Source: Lytechinus pictus
Lineage: Eukaryota
Direction: 5' to 3'
Assembly: GCF_037042905.1 (NCBI RefSeq)
Contig: NC_087253.1
Location: 5,270,001 to 5,334,000, forward strand
Length of the DNA stretch: 64,000 nt
The position numbers were made by a program, and so were the translations under genes. Positions 52,866 through 64,000 of this stretch are shown here, in pieces; positions within the stretch are counted from its first letter, which is position 1, and each line of letters opens with the position of its first letter. Below the pieces are notes generated by a model. That model searched no databases. It worked only from the letters and a program-made list of their open reading frames with translations, and was not told where the DNA came from.

Positions 52866-53337
52866 TGGTGTGTTCAGACCGCCTCGATCTCCAGAATACC
52901 TGTTCAATTATGAGAGCTTGTGCATTTCCCAGAATAGGCCTACGCAATAATTATTTAACGCATTCATACCGACCCAAACCAGAGACTTTTGATGTTATGA
53001 GTGTGTGCATGTAGTATGGTCTGGGGAGCAAATGGGGGCGTGATTCAAAATCGCTAGCTCATCAGGACACGCCGCCTGCACTCAGCTGCTTGCTGGGTCA
53101 AGAATGTCCTGCCATATGCCTTCACACTGTGAGAACACCTGCGACTTTGGACAAAATACCTGCAAATTCTTGCCATTTTGACAAGTACTATTTGGTGAGT
53201 ATTTTCTTTCAGGAATATTACAAGAAATTTGCCCTCACGTTGGCAAAAATTTGTATTTTTCTTATCGGGATAGTAGGGAAAATTTCCCAACCATAGAATA
53301 TCTTATATTCTCCAACTTCATGGAGGTCTGAATACTC
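52866..53337 (-). mobile_element. Old diverged relative of family B
   Basis: gttcagaccgcctcgatc...attcaaaatcgctagc...caagtac...ggaggtctgaa, colinear with copy 5. Confidence 0.7.
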
Positions 53338-53541
53338 TTTCGGAAATGGAGTTTGGTTATTCATGGAGCCTTTGAACTCATTCCGTTGCAAGGGTATACA
53401 ATATTGATATGAGTTGATGCCATTCATTGCAGATATACAGCTGCTTTCATTTTATTCATAGAAGAAGACAACAGTTGGAGATATATGCCTCAAATACCAT
53501 CTGCCTTTTTCTACTTAAGTTCTCTTTAAAAAAAACCTTAA

Positions 53542-54341
53542 AGGGGAGGTTCACCCTGACGATGAAAATGTTTCAGTAAAAGCAGAAAAATTAGAAATGA
53601 AAATATAAATCCATCAAAGAATAGAGAGTAATTTATGCGTTAAGTTCTGAATTTGTGATGTCAAGTATGAGCATCTGCCCGTGGTGGTGTAAATGAAGCT
53701 ATCCTTTAACTTCACCATACATACAGTAAAAAAAAGAAATAGCACATTGTTTAATAAGCCTGTCCCTCTAAACAATAAGTTGTTAAAACTTTTTTGTAAT
53801 TGTTCAAATTTTTCAAACAACTTTTTAAAAATGTTTAAACAATTGTTTAAAAAGTTTAAACAATGGTTGTAAGAGTGATTCGCTTAAACAACATGCTTAC
53901 AATTTTAAATAGAGTTTTTACAGTGCACATTTATAATGACATGTTCAGGGCTCGAAACTCTGCATCAAAGCATTGATTACAGGTGCACAGCACAATTCGT
54001 CCAATGTTTATGCTGGAAATGTCAATAAATTTCCTTTTTTGATGGCGTATGTTGAATGAAAATATTTAATTTACAGAAGCGGGATATGAAAACAATGTGT
54101 TTGATTCTTAAGTGAATGCTGAAGAAGAGGAATTTTGAATTTTGCGAGTAATTGGCGTTGTATGGAATTTATATAACATGATACATTAGGGAGCTGCTTA
54201 CAAGTGGCATACCGGTGCATGTATGAAAAAATCCATGATTATGTTAATCTTTGATGGATTATTGCAGAGTTTTCACTGATATGTTTCTTTTTTTCTGTCA
54301 GGGTGATTTGTCCCATGGGGTTTCCCCATCAAATTTCCCCT
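53542..54341. mobile_element. Kolobok-type element with nested CACTA-like insert (about 53722-53925)
   Basis: TTAA|aggggaggttcaccctgac ... gtcagggtga...ttcccct|TTAA; the insert has ttaaacaa repeats and ends ttttacagtg. Confidence 0.65.
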
Positions 54342-54539
54342 TTAAAGGGGAAGTTTGGTTGGAAAATTTTCATTATAGAAAACCTAAAGGCCAACTCCTG
54401 TCCCAAATTGAATGTCTTTTGAGTTCTATCCTTGTTTTATTCTCAAACCCCTTGTTAGAAAACTAATCATCACGCCAGGGCAAAAACCTTTCAGTTTTGT
54501 GACAAAAACCATATGAAAAGGTTGAAAACATTTGAAAAT

Positions 54540-54949
54540 GGGTGGTTTCAGACCGCCTCGAAATTCGTCAGTTCCAGGTATTCTCTGATGGGGAAATAAA
54601 AAAAAAAAATACCAGGTATTTTGGTAATGTGAAAGCAAACTACGCATAATTTCCCCGAAAGAAAATACCCGCTAAATAGTAGGTACTTGGCGAAATTACG
54701 AGAACTTTTAGCCCAGCGTGTCGTTGGGCGCAGGCGCCTTGGGTGGCTGCTAGGCTAGTGGTTATGAATATCGCGCCTTGCCTGCTTATTAGACCATATT
54801 GCGCATGCTCGTAACTTCAGGAATTTATCCTTAAGGGTATGTTTCGGGGCGGTGTGAATGCAGGAATAATTAATGGGTATTTTTTTAGCCTAAAAATGTT
54901 CTCGTAATTTAACGGGGATTCTTGTGATCGAGGCGGTTTGAAACCGCCT
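54540..54949 (+). mobile_element. MITE family B short subfamily, copy 6
   Basis: TSD aat/aat; same internal deletion as copy 4. Confidence 0.9.
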
Positions 54950-55122
54950 AATGTGTGTATTTTCTTCTAATTCCCTTGTGTATCAAAGCCCCCAGAAGAA
55001 ATTGGCATTTGTAGAATAACCGATAATTCTGATCTACGGGGAGATTGGAAATGTTATTGATACTGCGGGGCAATATTTGTGAGTAGCTTTTGGCATTGCA
55101 AGTGCTTTGATCATGAGTCCCA

Positions 55123-56234
55123 GGCCCTGTCTTACAAAGAGTTGCAATTGATCCAATCAACCATATGGAAAGCCAGCAAGATCAATAAGTTTATCCCAAA
55201 AAAAAGAAAAAATAGAGATATAATGTTAGAATATACATTCATTGGTTTCTTGACTATTCAGTTTATCCAAAAAAGATAAAGAAAAAAGAGAGATATAATG
55301 TACTGTATATTGATAGAATATGCATTCATTGGTTTCTTGACAATTCAGTATTTACTCTTTTGTTTACAAAAATGTAATGTACACACAACTGAAAGGGTGG
55401 TGTTTTTTGACAAAATAGCTGAAATGTATAAACAGTTTAAGAACCTTAGCGATGAAGACAAATTTATATTCATAATGAAACTTGATAATGAAAACATAAT
55501 TGATAATTTTTGTAAGTTCCTCAAAGCGATTATAAATTAGAGGGGTGAGTTTTAACATTAAGTACATTTTTCTTTTTAAATTTCATTCAAAATATCTAAA
55601 ATCCACCAAAGCTACCAAAGCCTACCAATACCAAAGATATATCTCTAACGTTATACATTTATTTACTTCCTGATTTGTATTCGATAATTAGATAACTTAT
55701 GTATATTGCATTACGCTACACCTTCTTTATGTTAAATTTCAATTCGTCATTTCTCTTCGTATATAGATGTATATCTTTATAATAATTGGAAATCTATGTA
55801 TTGGTGTATTACTGATTTATACGACATACAGTTATGAATGTTTTTGTTTATGTTATCATTGTATATATTTAAAACAAAATATTCATGCCATATGAATGAA
55901 GTTTGTTAATAAATTCAAATTCAAAAGGATTTTGGCAAATTCTGTGTAGGAAAAATCAAGACATCGATGGATTTCCATCTAGTTGTGGTTGATCGGATCA
56001 ATCGCAACTATGGATGGCCAGCAAAGTCAACATATAAAATGTTTGTTTGTTCAAAAAAGTTTCTAGATATGAATGTACATCCATAAATTCATTGATTTCT
56101 TGACAATTTGGTGTGTTCTTCTTTGTTTACAAAGGACATTTTGCAAATTTCCTATAGAAAAAATTATGACACTGATGGATTTCCATAGAGTTACGATTGA
56201 TTGGATCAATCGTACCTCTTTGTGAGACAGGGCC
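55123..56234. mobile_element. Dimeric family I MITE interrupted by a LINE 3' fragment
   Basis: Outer TIRs ggccctgtcttacaaag/ctttgtgagacagggcc; two body units fused near 55990. Confidence 0.78.
55371..55925 (+). mobile_element. 3' fragment of a non-LTR retrotransposon (RTEX-like C-terminus)
   Basis: CNVHTTERVVFFDKI...FKNLSDEDKFIFIM...FCKFLKAIIN* ending at 55540; AATAAA at 55908; (AAATTC)n tail; it splits the host at tacaaa|gga. Confidence 0.7.
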
Positions 56235-56668
56235 CTGGTGTTGGGAGAGGGAGATTTTATCTGGGGGATTTGGAAAGCACTTAGAAATGATATGAAATAT
56301 GGATCTGTTATACAGTGGGAACGGTTAAACAGAAGAGGGAATGGAGAAATATGTGTGGGAGAGAGAGAGGGGGTACATGTATGAGGTAGATAAACAAAAT
56401 AATTAAAATAGAAATAGTATTGTGAAAGTGCAATTGTACGAGAAAAACAAAATATGGTGTCATTAAGAACAAAATATAGATTAACCTTGATTCACAGGGA
56501 ACACACACAAAAAATACATGATGCAATGAAGAAAAAAAAGAGAGAGGGATTCATTAAGTATCAGGCCATATGCCCAAAGGTCTGTAAATTCACTGAAACA
56601 GAGAAAGAAAGAGAAATAAATTACAAACATGGGAAAAGTTATATTGAAATATGATTAACAAACATGAT

Positions 56669-56986
56669 CAGTAGCGTACGCAGGGGGTGGTTACAGGTCA
56701 GGGGTAATTCAACCCCCGCCCCCTTAAATTTTTTATTCACAACCCCCCCCCCCTAAATTTTTTTGAAGACCTTTTTTTTATTGTCAAATTTTTTTTGCAG
56801 GTTCATAACAATTGAAACTTTGTGGTAGAGACCTTTTTTTTTTAATTCTTATTTTTGGGGTTGTCAATTGTTTTGTGGGGCATGGAAACGACCTAAAATT
56901 TGTGGTGAAGAACTTTTTTTGGGGGGGTTGTCAACATTTCATTCAGCTTGACCCCCCCCCTTTCAAAAATCCTGCGTATGCTACTG
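56669..56986. mobile_element. hAT-type MITE
   Basis: cagtagcgtacgcagg/cctgcgtatgctactg; exact 8-bp TSD aacatgat. Confidence 0.88.
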
Positions 56987-57650
56987 AACATGATAGTAAT
57001 TGTTTTTTTTATTTTGTCATTAATGAAACTTATTTAACCTGATTTGAGGCACTTTGTTTATTTTCTTATGTGCACTTTCTTTGTTTTTTGGGTTTTTTTT
57101 CTCTGGAATGTACTGTTTGTGAGTGATATTAACAAGGAAGGAAATTATCCAAGTATTTTTATTGGAGCAAGGATGATGATATTCCTGTATTATGTTATTG
57201 TGTTGTTTATTCAAGCCTAGTACAATGGGAGATCTACTTCATAACTCATATTATTCTTTATTTACTTTGCTGTCTATAATCCTTGATGTTGTCCTTCGCA
57301 ATTTAGTTTCATGATTGTATGTATTTTTTAAAGACCTATTTATGTAAATGCTTGTTATTTCCATATTTCACTTTCTTTTCAAACTATTCTCAAGGACTCG
57401 GTGTTTATCTTTCGATGATTCTTAGAAATGTATTTATTAGCTTTAGAGACTGGATAAGTGGTTTTCATAATTATTTTTTGTTGTGTCGACTGATGATGTT
57501 ACATTTAGAATAATAAACAAACAAAATAGGATACATAATTCCAAGTTAAATTTGATTCTTCAATAAGTGCATTTCAAAACCACGAAGAGGGTATTAAACA
57601 ATAATTGAATTGATCAACAATAATATTTATCCAGGGTACCAACTTCAGAT

Positions 57651-58082
57651 CCAAGGGGGGCACTAGCTTCTATTGACGAGTGGATACCACGCGTGACCAA
57701 ATAAACACTTCAAAAGGATCTCTTTTCCAAGATAGGGCATGTTATGTACGTAACGTAGTATTAAGGGTGTCATAAAACGCTAAAATAATGAAGAAAGGGT
57801 ATATATTTCGCTAGGAAAGCTTTGTTTTTACGGTCCAATTTGCGAGGGTATAGAAAGACTAAAATGCTTTAATAAAGGATGTACTTTTTGTACCAATACT
57901 ACGTGTTTAGGGTCCTGTGGGAGATGGGGCGGTGTCCGGGAAAATTGCTCATAAGCTGTTTGTTTGTTTGTTTGCTTCTCTGAAGTAATTGTAACTCAAA
58001 TGTGCATGTACTAGGAAAGGGATTGTTGCTAATACTGGGGCTGTTAAACTATCGCTGTACTTGGAAGTGCCCCCCCCCTTGG
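57651..58082. mobile_element. Unclassified MITE (ccaagggggg..cact TIR)
   Basis: ccaagggggg-cact / agtg-ccccccc-ttgg inverted ends. Confidence 0.6.
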
Positions 58083-58899
58083 TTTTCGCAATTATGCACA
58101 TAGTGCAGAGTCTGAAGTAGTGAGACTAGATTCACGTTGTTGTACTGTGGCTTATGACACAGAGAGAGAATTTGGAGTCTATAGTCTTCACTCTAGACAT
58201 TTTTTTAGTTATTTAAAGTTTCAAATGTCAGTTTATGAGGCTAGCACTCTACATCTGAACCAAGTCTGCAGGCACAGACCATGTTTAAATCTTTGATGAG
58301 CAAGTGGGTCTTCACACAAGACTAGCACATTCGAGAGGGCCTTCGGTGCACAAGTCACTTTAGGCTGAGCATTCAGACCCCATTTAACTTGAGTCATGGA
58401 CCCTGTGCTTGATTGAAGGGCTTGCACAGCAGACTACTACACTTAAATCAATGTTTTATTGAGGAATCAGATTTTTCAACTAGATTTCAAACTCAATTTT
58501 AAGATTGATGAAATATACAGCGGAGGAATCTAGCAATTATTTAAAAACAAAACTCAGAATTGGTCTGTAATATGGATTAGATTCAAAGGTGTCTAAAAAT
58601 GGTATGTAAGCCTATGATATGGTACATGTATTGTAGGCCTTCATAAAAAGAGGTCTTAAATCTAGTATTGTAGTGTGTACAGGCCTGGTGAATTTTGATA
58701 TCATTGTAGTAATAGGTTGCGTACTTGGAATGTATGATTGTCGATTTGGATGCAAGATAACTCATTACCATGACGATCCCAGATAACTTCCATTTAAAAC
58801 ATGTCCATCAGCACCTCCCAATCGCTTGACCTCATCTGCACCCCTTTTAACCTAAATTGGTTGACCCCAGGTGATTCCCATGTCACATGATAGCCTGAA

Positions 58900-59290
58900 C
58901 AAATTTGACTGTTCCATTCTGTAAAGGGGGGAGATCATAGATTAGACAATCAATTGTAGAAAAACAGGGATTTTTTTTTCTTCAGTTTTTAATTCAAAGG
59001 GAATTCAAGTTGGCTATTCTGCTTTGTGAAAGGGAAAGGGCATACATTTGATCATGGAGGTGGAAAGATGATTATGGTATAAAATAGATTATTTTAGCAA
59101 TTTTAAAAAGCAATTAAATTTGCCTGTTTCATTTCTGTAAAAGGGGAGGACATACATTTGACAATATATCTCGATGATACAAAACCCAGATATTTTTACA
59201 ACTTTAAATTAAAAGGCAATTAAATTTGGCTGTTCGATTCCACAAATGGATGTGGCTTATTTGACAATCAGAGGTATGAAATCAGGATTT
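58900..59290. repeat. Degenerate tandem repeat, about 107-bp unit, 4 copies
   Basis: aaatttg.ctgtt...aaagggg...catttgacaat at about 58902, 59008, 59117 and 59222. Confidence 0.7.
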
Positions 59291-59814
59291 TTTTTAATCA
59301 TTAAAATGTGAGTAATAATATCATGCATTAGAATCTGGTCTAGTGGAAATGCTTATGATTTTTAGCCAGTCAAATGCTAGGATGAAAATCCCTGACAAAT
59401 CAGTCCGCTTTGTTTAATGCCCCACAGATATAATTTATTAAATGTTCATTTAATTCACTTTGCATTCATTTCATTCTCGATTAATAAAAAAAACAAATAT
59501 TGAGCAAGATATGAGAAACTATTTACAAACAAGAGTAAAAATAAAATGGGGAACTGCATAAATAAAGCCAAGAGGCCTTGTATAAGCACAGTTCCCTGAA
59601 CATTGATAAGATTGCCTATGATTTTGAGTGATTTTCGATTCTCGTGTGTTCTCATGGAATTTTTTTTGCTGTCTACGATACCCCTGCCACCCCTCCCTGC
59701 CAACATAAGTAGCACACCTAATTTTGTCTGAAGGAGAGCAGCAATGGACATTCTACTTTGATCGATGAACAGGCTTAGTCCTACAACATCGTTGGAGTAA
59801 ACTAAACTAAACAT

Positions 59815-59897
59815 TTCTTTTTTTATTCTTTTCTTTATTGCGCCATGAGCATCTTTTTATGATGGATACCGGGGCATTACAAATGTTCATATTATGA
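59815..59897 (+). mobile_element. Solo L2 3' tail
   Basis: Nearly identical to 62275-62350 (gcgccatgagcatc...gatggataccgg..cattacaaatgttc). Confidence 0.8.
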
Positions 59898-60254
59898 CAT
59901 GGTAAAGAAACGATAAGATAAACAAGTAAACATGATATATATACAACAAAAACCAAAAAGATTGAAGTTAAAAACATCTGAAAAACCTTCAGAAATTTTC
60001 AGCGGTTTGCAAGCCACTTGATGTAGAAATGCAGAATGCGTCCTTCCAAAGGAGAAGTTAGAGAAATTGCAACGAATTGTGATATTGTATTTGAAGTGCT
60101 TTCAAAACCACTTTTATTATTATTTTCACAAATTCTCTTTGTAGTCTTTGGGAAATCATTATGTTGTTATGAACTTTCAATTCCTGTTTAATACAACCAT
60201 GTCATGATATAAACCCTTTCACACTGGCAGGGTTTCAAGGGGGATATCTCGATC

Positions 60255-60642
60255 AGTAAATTGCCAATTCGTCCTCTCACCACATGGTCTACCTTCATTT
60301 AGTCTAATGCCATTCCATCCATCAACATTTCGTCTAACAACCATTTGGTCCAATCATCATTTTGTCTAATCACCAGTTTGTTTATTACCATTTCGTCTAA
60401 TAACCAGTTGGTCTGATAACCCTTTTCTTTTCCTTCATTTTGCACAATTAACACTTTAGTTTAATTAGACCAAATGGTATATGGACTAAATGGCTATTGG
60501 ACCAACCTGTTATTAGACGGAATGGCATTATAGACTAAATGAAAGTAGACCATATGGTGAGTGGACGAACTGATGGCAGACCAAATGATAGTAGACGAGT
60601 TGGCATTGGACGAATTGGCATTAGATGAATTGGAAATAAACC
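60255..60642. mobile_element. Family F element
   Basis: Exact 8-bp TSD tctcgatc at 60247-60254 and 60643-60650. Confidence 0.9.
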
Positions 60643-61192
60643 TCTCGATCGATCGAAGTGATCCTTATTGTAAATTCTCCCACCTAGTGTAAATAGATCA
60701 GAGTAGAAGGCCCTTCTTATATCAAACTGCAGGCTAACATTTTATACACTCGCCCAGTATGGTAATGATTCCATGTTTTTCATGGCTTTTGTCTGCCTTT
60801 TCCAGCTATAAAGAATTGGGGGGGGGTGGGGAGTTGCACTTGAACCAAAAAGAAACCTCTCATGGCTCTCAGTGTGAAAGCCTATTACGTATGAACTTGA
60901 CTATTTCCTGTCATATATTTATATGAAAGTGATTCTTATTATTCTTGAACCATAGTTATGTATTTAAACACAATTTCCTATATTATGATTACAAAGTCCA
61001 CTTAACTTAATAGCCATGTGCTAAATGTATAGGAAGCTGAAATGTCAAAACTGCCTGTGTCTTTTGTATGTTTACTGTGCTCTTTCCTATCATAATTTTT
61101 ATTATGAACAAAACTGTTTTAGTAACTACATGCGTTGATTTCAGATGTGAATGAGCTGATAACTTGAACCTGTAGGCCTACATGTACCATTT

Positions 61193-61525
61193 AATAATAA
61201 TAATAATAGCCAATTTTTATATAGTGCTTTTCCCAGAATGGCTCAAAGCGCTTTACAGCATATTATTACCTCGGTCACTGGATTCATTTCAATCCTGCAC
61301 GAAAAGTGCACAATTTCCAGTCCATGGGGAGCATTCATAGCAGCCTCATTATGGTGCTGGCAAATTCATACATACAATATCTTTCGCATCCTACCGGGTA
61401 CCCATTTAGCACATGGGTCGAGAGTGGCATATGTGGATTAACGCCTTGCCAAAGGACGCTAGACCGCGGTGGGATTCGAACACAGGACCCTCTGTTTACA
61501 AGCAAGAGTCAACCACTACACCACA
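61193..61525 (-). mobile_element. Full-length tRNA-derived SINE with CORE-like domain and (TTA)n tail
   Basis: Minus strand B box gttcgaatccc; cctttggcaaggcgttaatccacatatgcc...taaatgggtacc; L2-like tail. A 3' half of a relative lies at about 20126-20312. Confidence 0.85.
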
Positions 61526-61789
61526 GAAATTCATAGAGATTTGAAATTTATAGAGATTTATGTCATATATTTGCTATCCATAGTTTCCCAACTTCTGTCT
61601 TCAGACCAGACTTCGAATTAAACCTGACTTCAGAATATAGGCCAATTTGAGCAAATGCATGGCTGTACCATTTATAGAGATTTGTGTCACAATTGGCTAT
61701 CCATAGTGCAATAAGGACTTCAGACCAGGGATTATGTTAAACCTGACTTCAGAATATGGGCAAATGTTTGCAAATACATGGCTAAAAAC

Positions 61790-62357
61790 TTACGAGGCTG
61801 CATCACACAGTGTCAGAGCTGAATGTCGCAACCTTGGGTCTGCTAGTTCATCCTTACTTGCTGTACCACAATCTCATAATTCATGGGGGGATCGATCATT
61901 TCAACATGCTGGGCCATTCCTACAGCATAAACTTCCAAAAGAAATCTGCAAAGTTTCTGTCTCGCCAGTTTCAAAAGTTCTCTGAAAAGCTGGTTATTCA
62001 CACAAGCTTTTGGGCAATTCCATAAAATGATCAACCTTTTTGTACGTCTGACCTACATTTTTCTCAAGTCTTACATGTACTTCACTTCGTAAACTGACTA
62101 TAAAGTCATGGTCCTTTGAGAACATTACAGACTGTCAAAAGAACAAGAAATCAGAGACAGAAAATGTCATTAAGGTCCCACACATAGGGGGTCGGACATA
62201 CATGTTTTTAATATGGAATTGCCCTTTTAGGTAATTGTTATTTTCCCCCTCTTTTTAGTAGGTTTTCTATCTTCTTTTCCTTTTCTTTATTGCGCCATGA
62301 GCATCTTTTTTATGATGGATACCGGCACATTACAAATGTTCATATTATTATTATTAT
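61790..62357 (+). mobile_element. L2-clade LINE 3' end, interrupted by MITE 62012-62224
   Basis: RNLGSASSSLLAVPQSHNSWGDRSFQHAGP...LPKEI...FKSSLKSWLFTQAF matches the L2 ORF2 C-terminus; stem-loop and (ATT)n tail follow. Confidence 0.85.
62012..62224. mobile_element. MITE, sister of 8005-8213
   Basis: gggcaattccata/tatggaattgccc TIR; ttt flanks. Confidence 0.85.
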
Positions 62358-63578
62358 GTCAGTTTTGTTGGTTTGAACTGGATCCTGTAGCATAAAGCTT
62401 TGTAATTGATTGTAAAGTGGATTTCTACAATTGATTGCATTGATTATTGTGCATGGTCCATCAGTCATCAGTTGCTAGCTTTATGTTTAAACAGGGCCCT
62501 TGTAACTTTAGAGGAGAGGTTTGTCTAGACGGGAGTACCATGTCAACTTCAGGTCATAGTAAACTTGAGTACATACCATTCTACCTAGCCAAAGGGGTGT
62601 TATAATTACAAGACTACCCATGGGCCTCATTTACCCTCTAAATACAGTCCCTCGTGACTTGACCTTTCTTGCACCCCTATTCTCAAATAACCCTGCCCTT
62701 AAATACCACGCTCATCATGCTAATTGATCTGTAAGGCATGGGAGGGAGCATTCTTTAGAGGGTGTGATTTATGAGAAGAATACAGTCCCTCTGGCCTTTC
62801 ACCTCTGCATTCACCCCCCTCCTATCACATTACCTGACCCAAGAGAAAAAGTTCTTTCACTGTGTAAGCCTGAAAGGGGTGGGTTGTACCACTTGTTTGA
62901 AGGGGTTGTTGACACAAACCAGGTTGAATGAATGGAATGAAAACACAATATTCTCCATGGCAAAAGGAAAGAAGTAGCATCTTCTATCAAATTTGAGTTT
63001 ACACTGCGTTCATATTTTTGATGATTTGATGATGCTCGATACGGCAGGCAAGACATTGCTCACTGCCTGAAATTGTACTAAGGGAAATTATTGATATGAA
63101 TTGAGTGAAAAGATTGAAATAAGTGGGCAAGTGCCTGAACAAAAAGTTGATTTGAATAAATGGAGAAAAATGAAACAATCTTAAAACAGAAAAGAAAAGG
63201 AAAATGGGGAGATGACATCCTCAGTTTATTTATTGCATTCGACTGTTTCACAAAAATAATGCCAACCTTACAAAAATACCCTATTTATATTGCTTACTCT
63301 TCATCAAATCTTGATGAAATTTCTACACTGTGATCATTCAATTTTACTCTAATCTTTTCATGCTTTACAGATTCTTATTCAGACACTTATATGACACATT
63401 ATGTTGGTAGTGTTGCTAAACCTCAATCATTCTATTCTTTTCAAACCACATTTGTTTCAGGCTTGAATAGATATTCGTGTAATGTACATGTATGTGTATC
63501 TACTCCTATGACTTAACTAAAAATGACAATGCTGCGCTCTCTTCAGGAAATGTAACATTCGTCACTTGCATCCTTTTA

Positions 63579-63594
63579 CCAGTAGAGGGCAGCA
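63579..63594 (+). promoter_or_regulatory. CTCF core motif
   Basis: CCAGTAGAGGGCAGCA matches CCASYAGRKGGCRS at every position and lies in non-repeat sequence. Confidence 0.6.
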
Positions 63595-63824
63595 TAAGGT
63601 CTTTGTGAGCTCTCAAAGGAACACATCAGTGGAGAGTTCAGTCCGATCTCGTTTCACAGGCTTTTATTGTACAGCCAGATCTCAGGCCAAGATAATATTG
63701 TGAGAATATTTTCACCAGCAGGTCCTCTCATACCCTAACCAGTCATGTAAAATGTCGGGTGCTTTTACACCCACTCATTCACACAAAAATCCTGTTTATT
63801 TTCCTGATCAGGAATCCGATCCAG

Positions 63825-63980
63825 GGCCCCGGAACACAAAGGTTAGCGATTAATCGCTAATTTGAAAGAGCAATTCTGATTGGTGCCTCGTCGGCCTACT
63901 GAGCAAAATGCACATGCAACGATGATCATGATAGGCCATTTCATTTAGCGATTAATCGCTAACCTTTGTGTTACGGGACC
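63825..63980. mobile_element. PIF/Harbinger-type MITE, inverted sister of 12439-12595
   Basis: CAG TSD at 63822-63824 and 63981-63983. Confidence 0.88.
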
Positions 63981-64000
63981 CAGGTCTCAGGAAATACCAG

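Noticed and set aside
53340-53400. GVWLF peptide as tetraspanin exon 2
   Set aside because: The upstream sequence is a degenerate MITE with no acceptor in the required phase.

Overview
AT-rich, repeat-dense animal genomic DNA; the repeat repertoire suggests an echinoderm such as a sea urchin (inference). The only host coding sequence I can support is the first coding exon of a + strand tetraspanin (27726-27791, MALTGCVVCVKYLMFAFNFLFW|gtaagt). It sits behind a compact promoter with GC box, CCAAT, CRE-like, NF-kB and TATA motifs, and this exon is not in the supplied ORF track. I found no exon 2, so 27.8-64 kb is probably one very large first intron and 1-27.4 kb is upstream intergenic DNA. The rest is mostly mobile DNA: a 5'-truncated, disabled Crack/L2-group LINE (4363-6524), several LINE tails, tRNA-derived SINEs, and many non-autonomous DNA transposons, often nested. 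These include Kolobok-type (TTAA), PIF/Harbinger-type (CWG or ANT), hAT-type, CACTA-like, 8-bp-TSD and AcademH-like elements. Main observations: (1) frequent 6-bp palindromic micro-insertions at TA (TA>TACATGTA, TA>TAGGCCTA), demonstrated by comparing sister repeat copies and enriched in the intron; (2) a burst of six young copies of one MITE inside the intron; (3) CpG decay on the gene-body side; (4) a duplicated 270-bp segment that resembles a minus-strand terminal exon. I found no convincing new protein-coding system. Superfamily calls come from terminal sequences and TSDs only, and motif counts are by eye.
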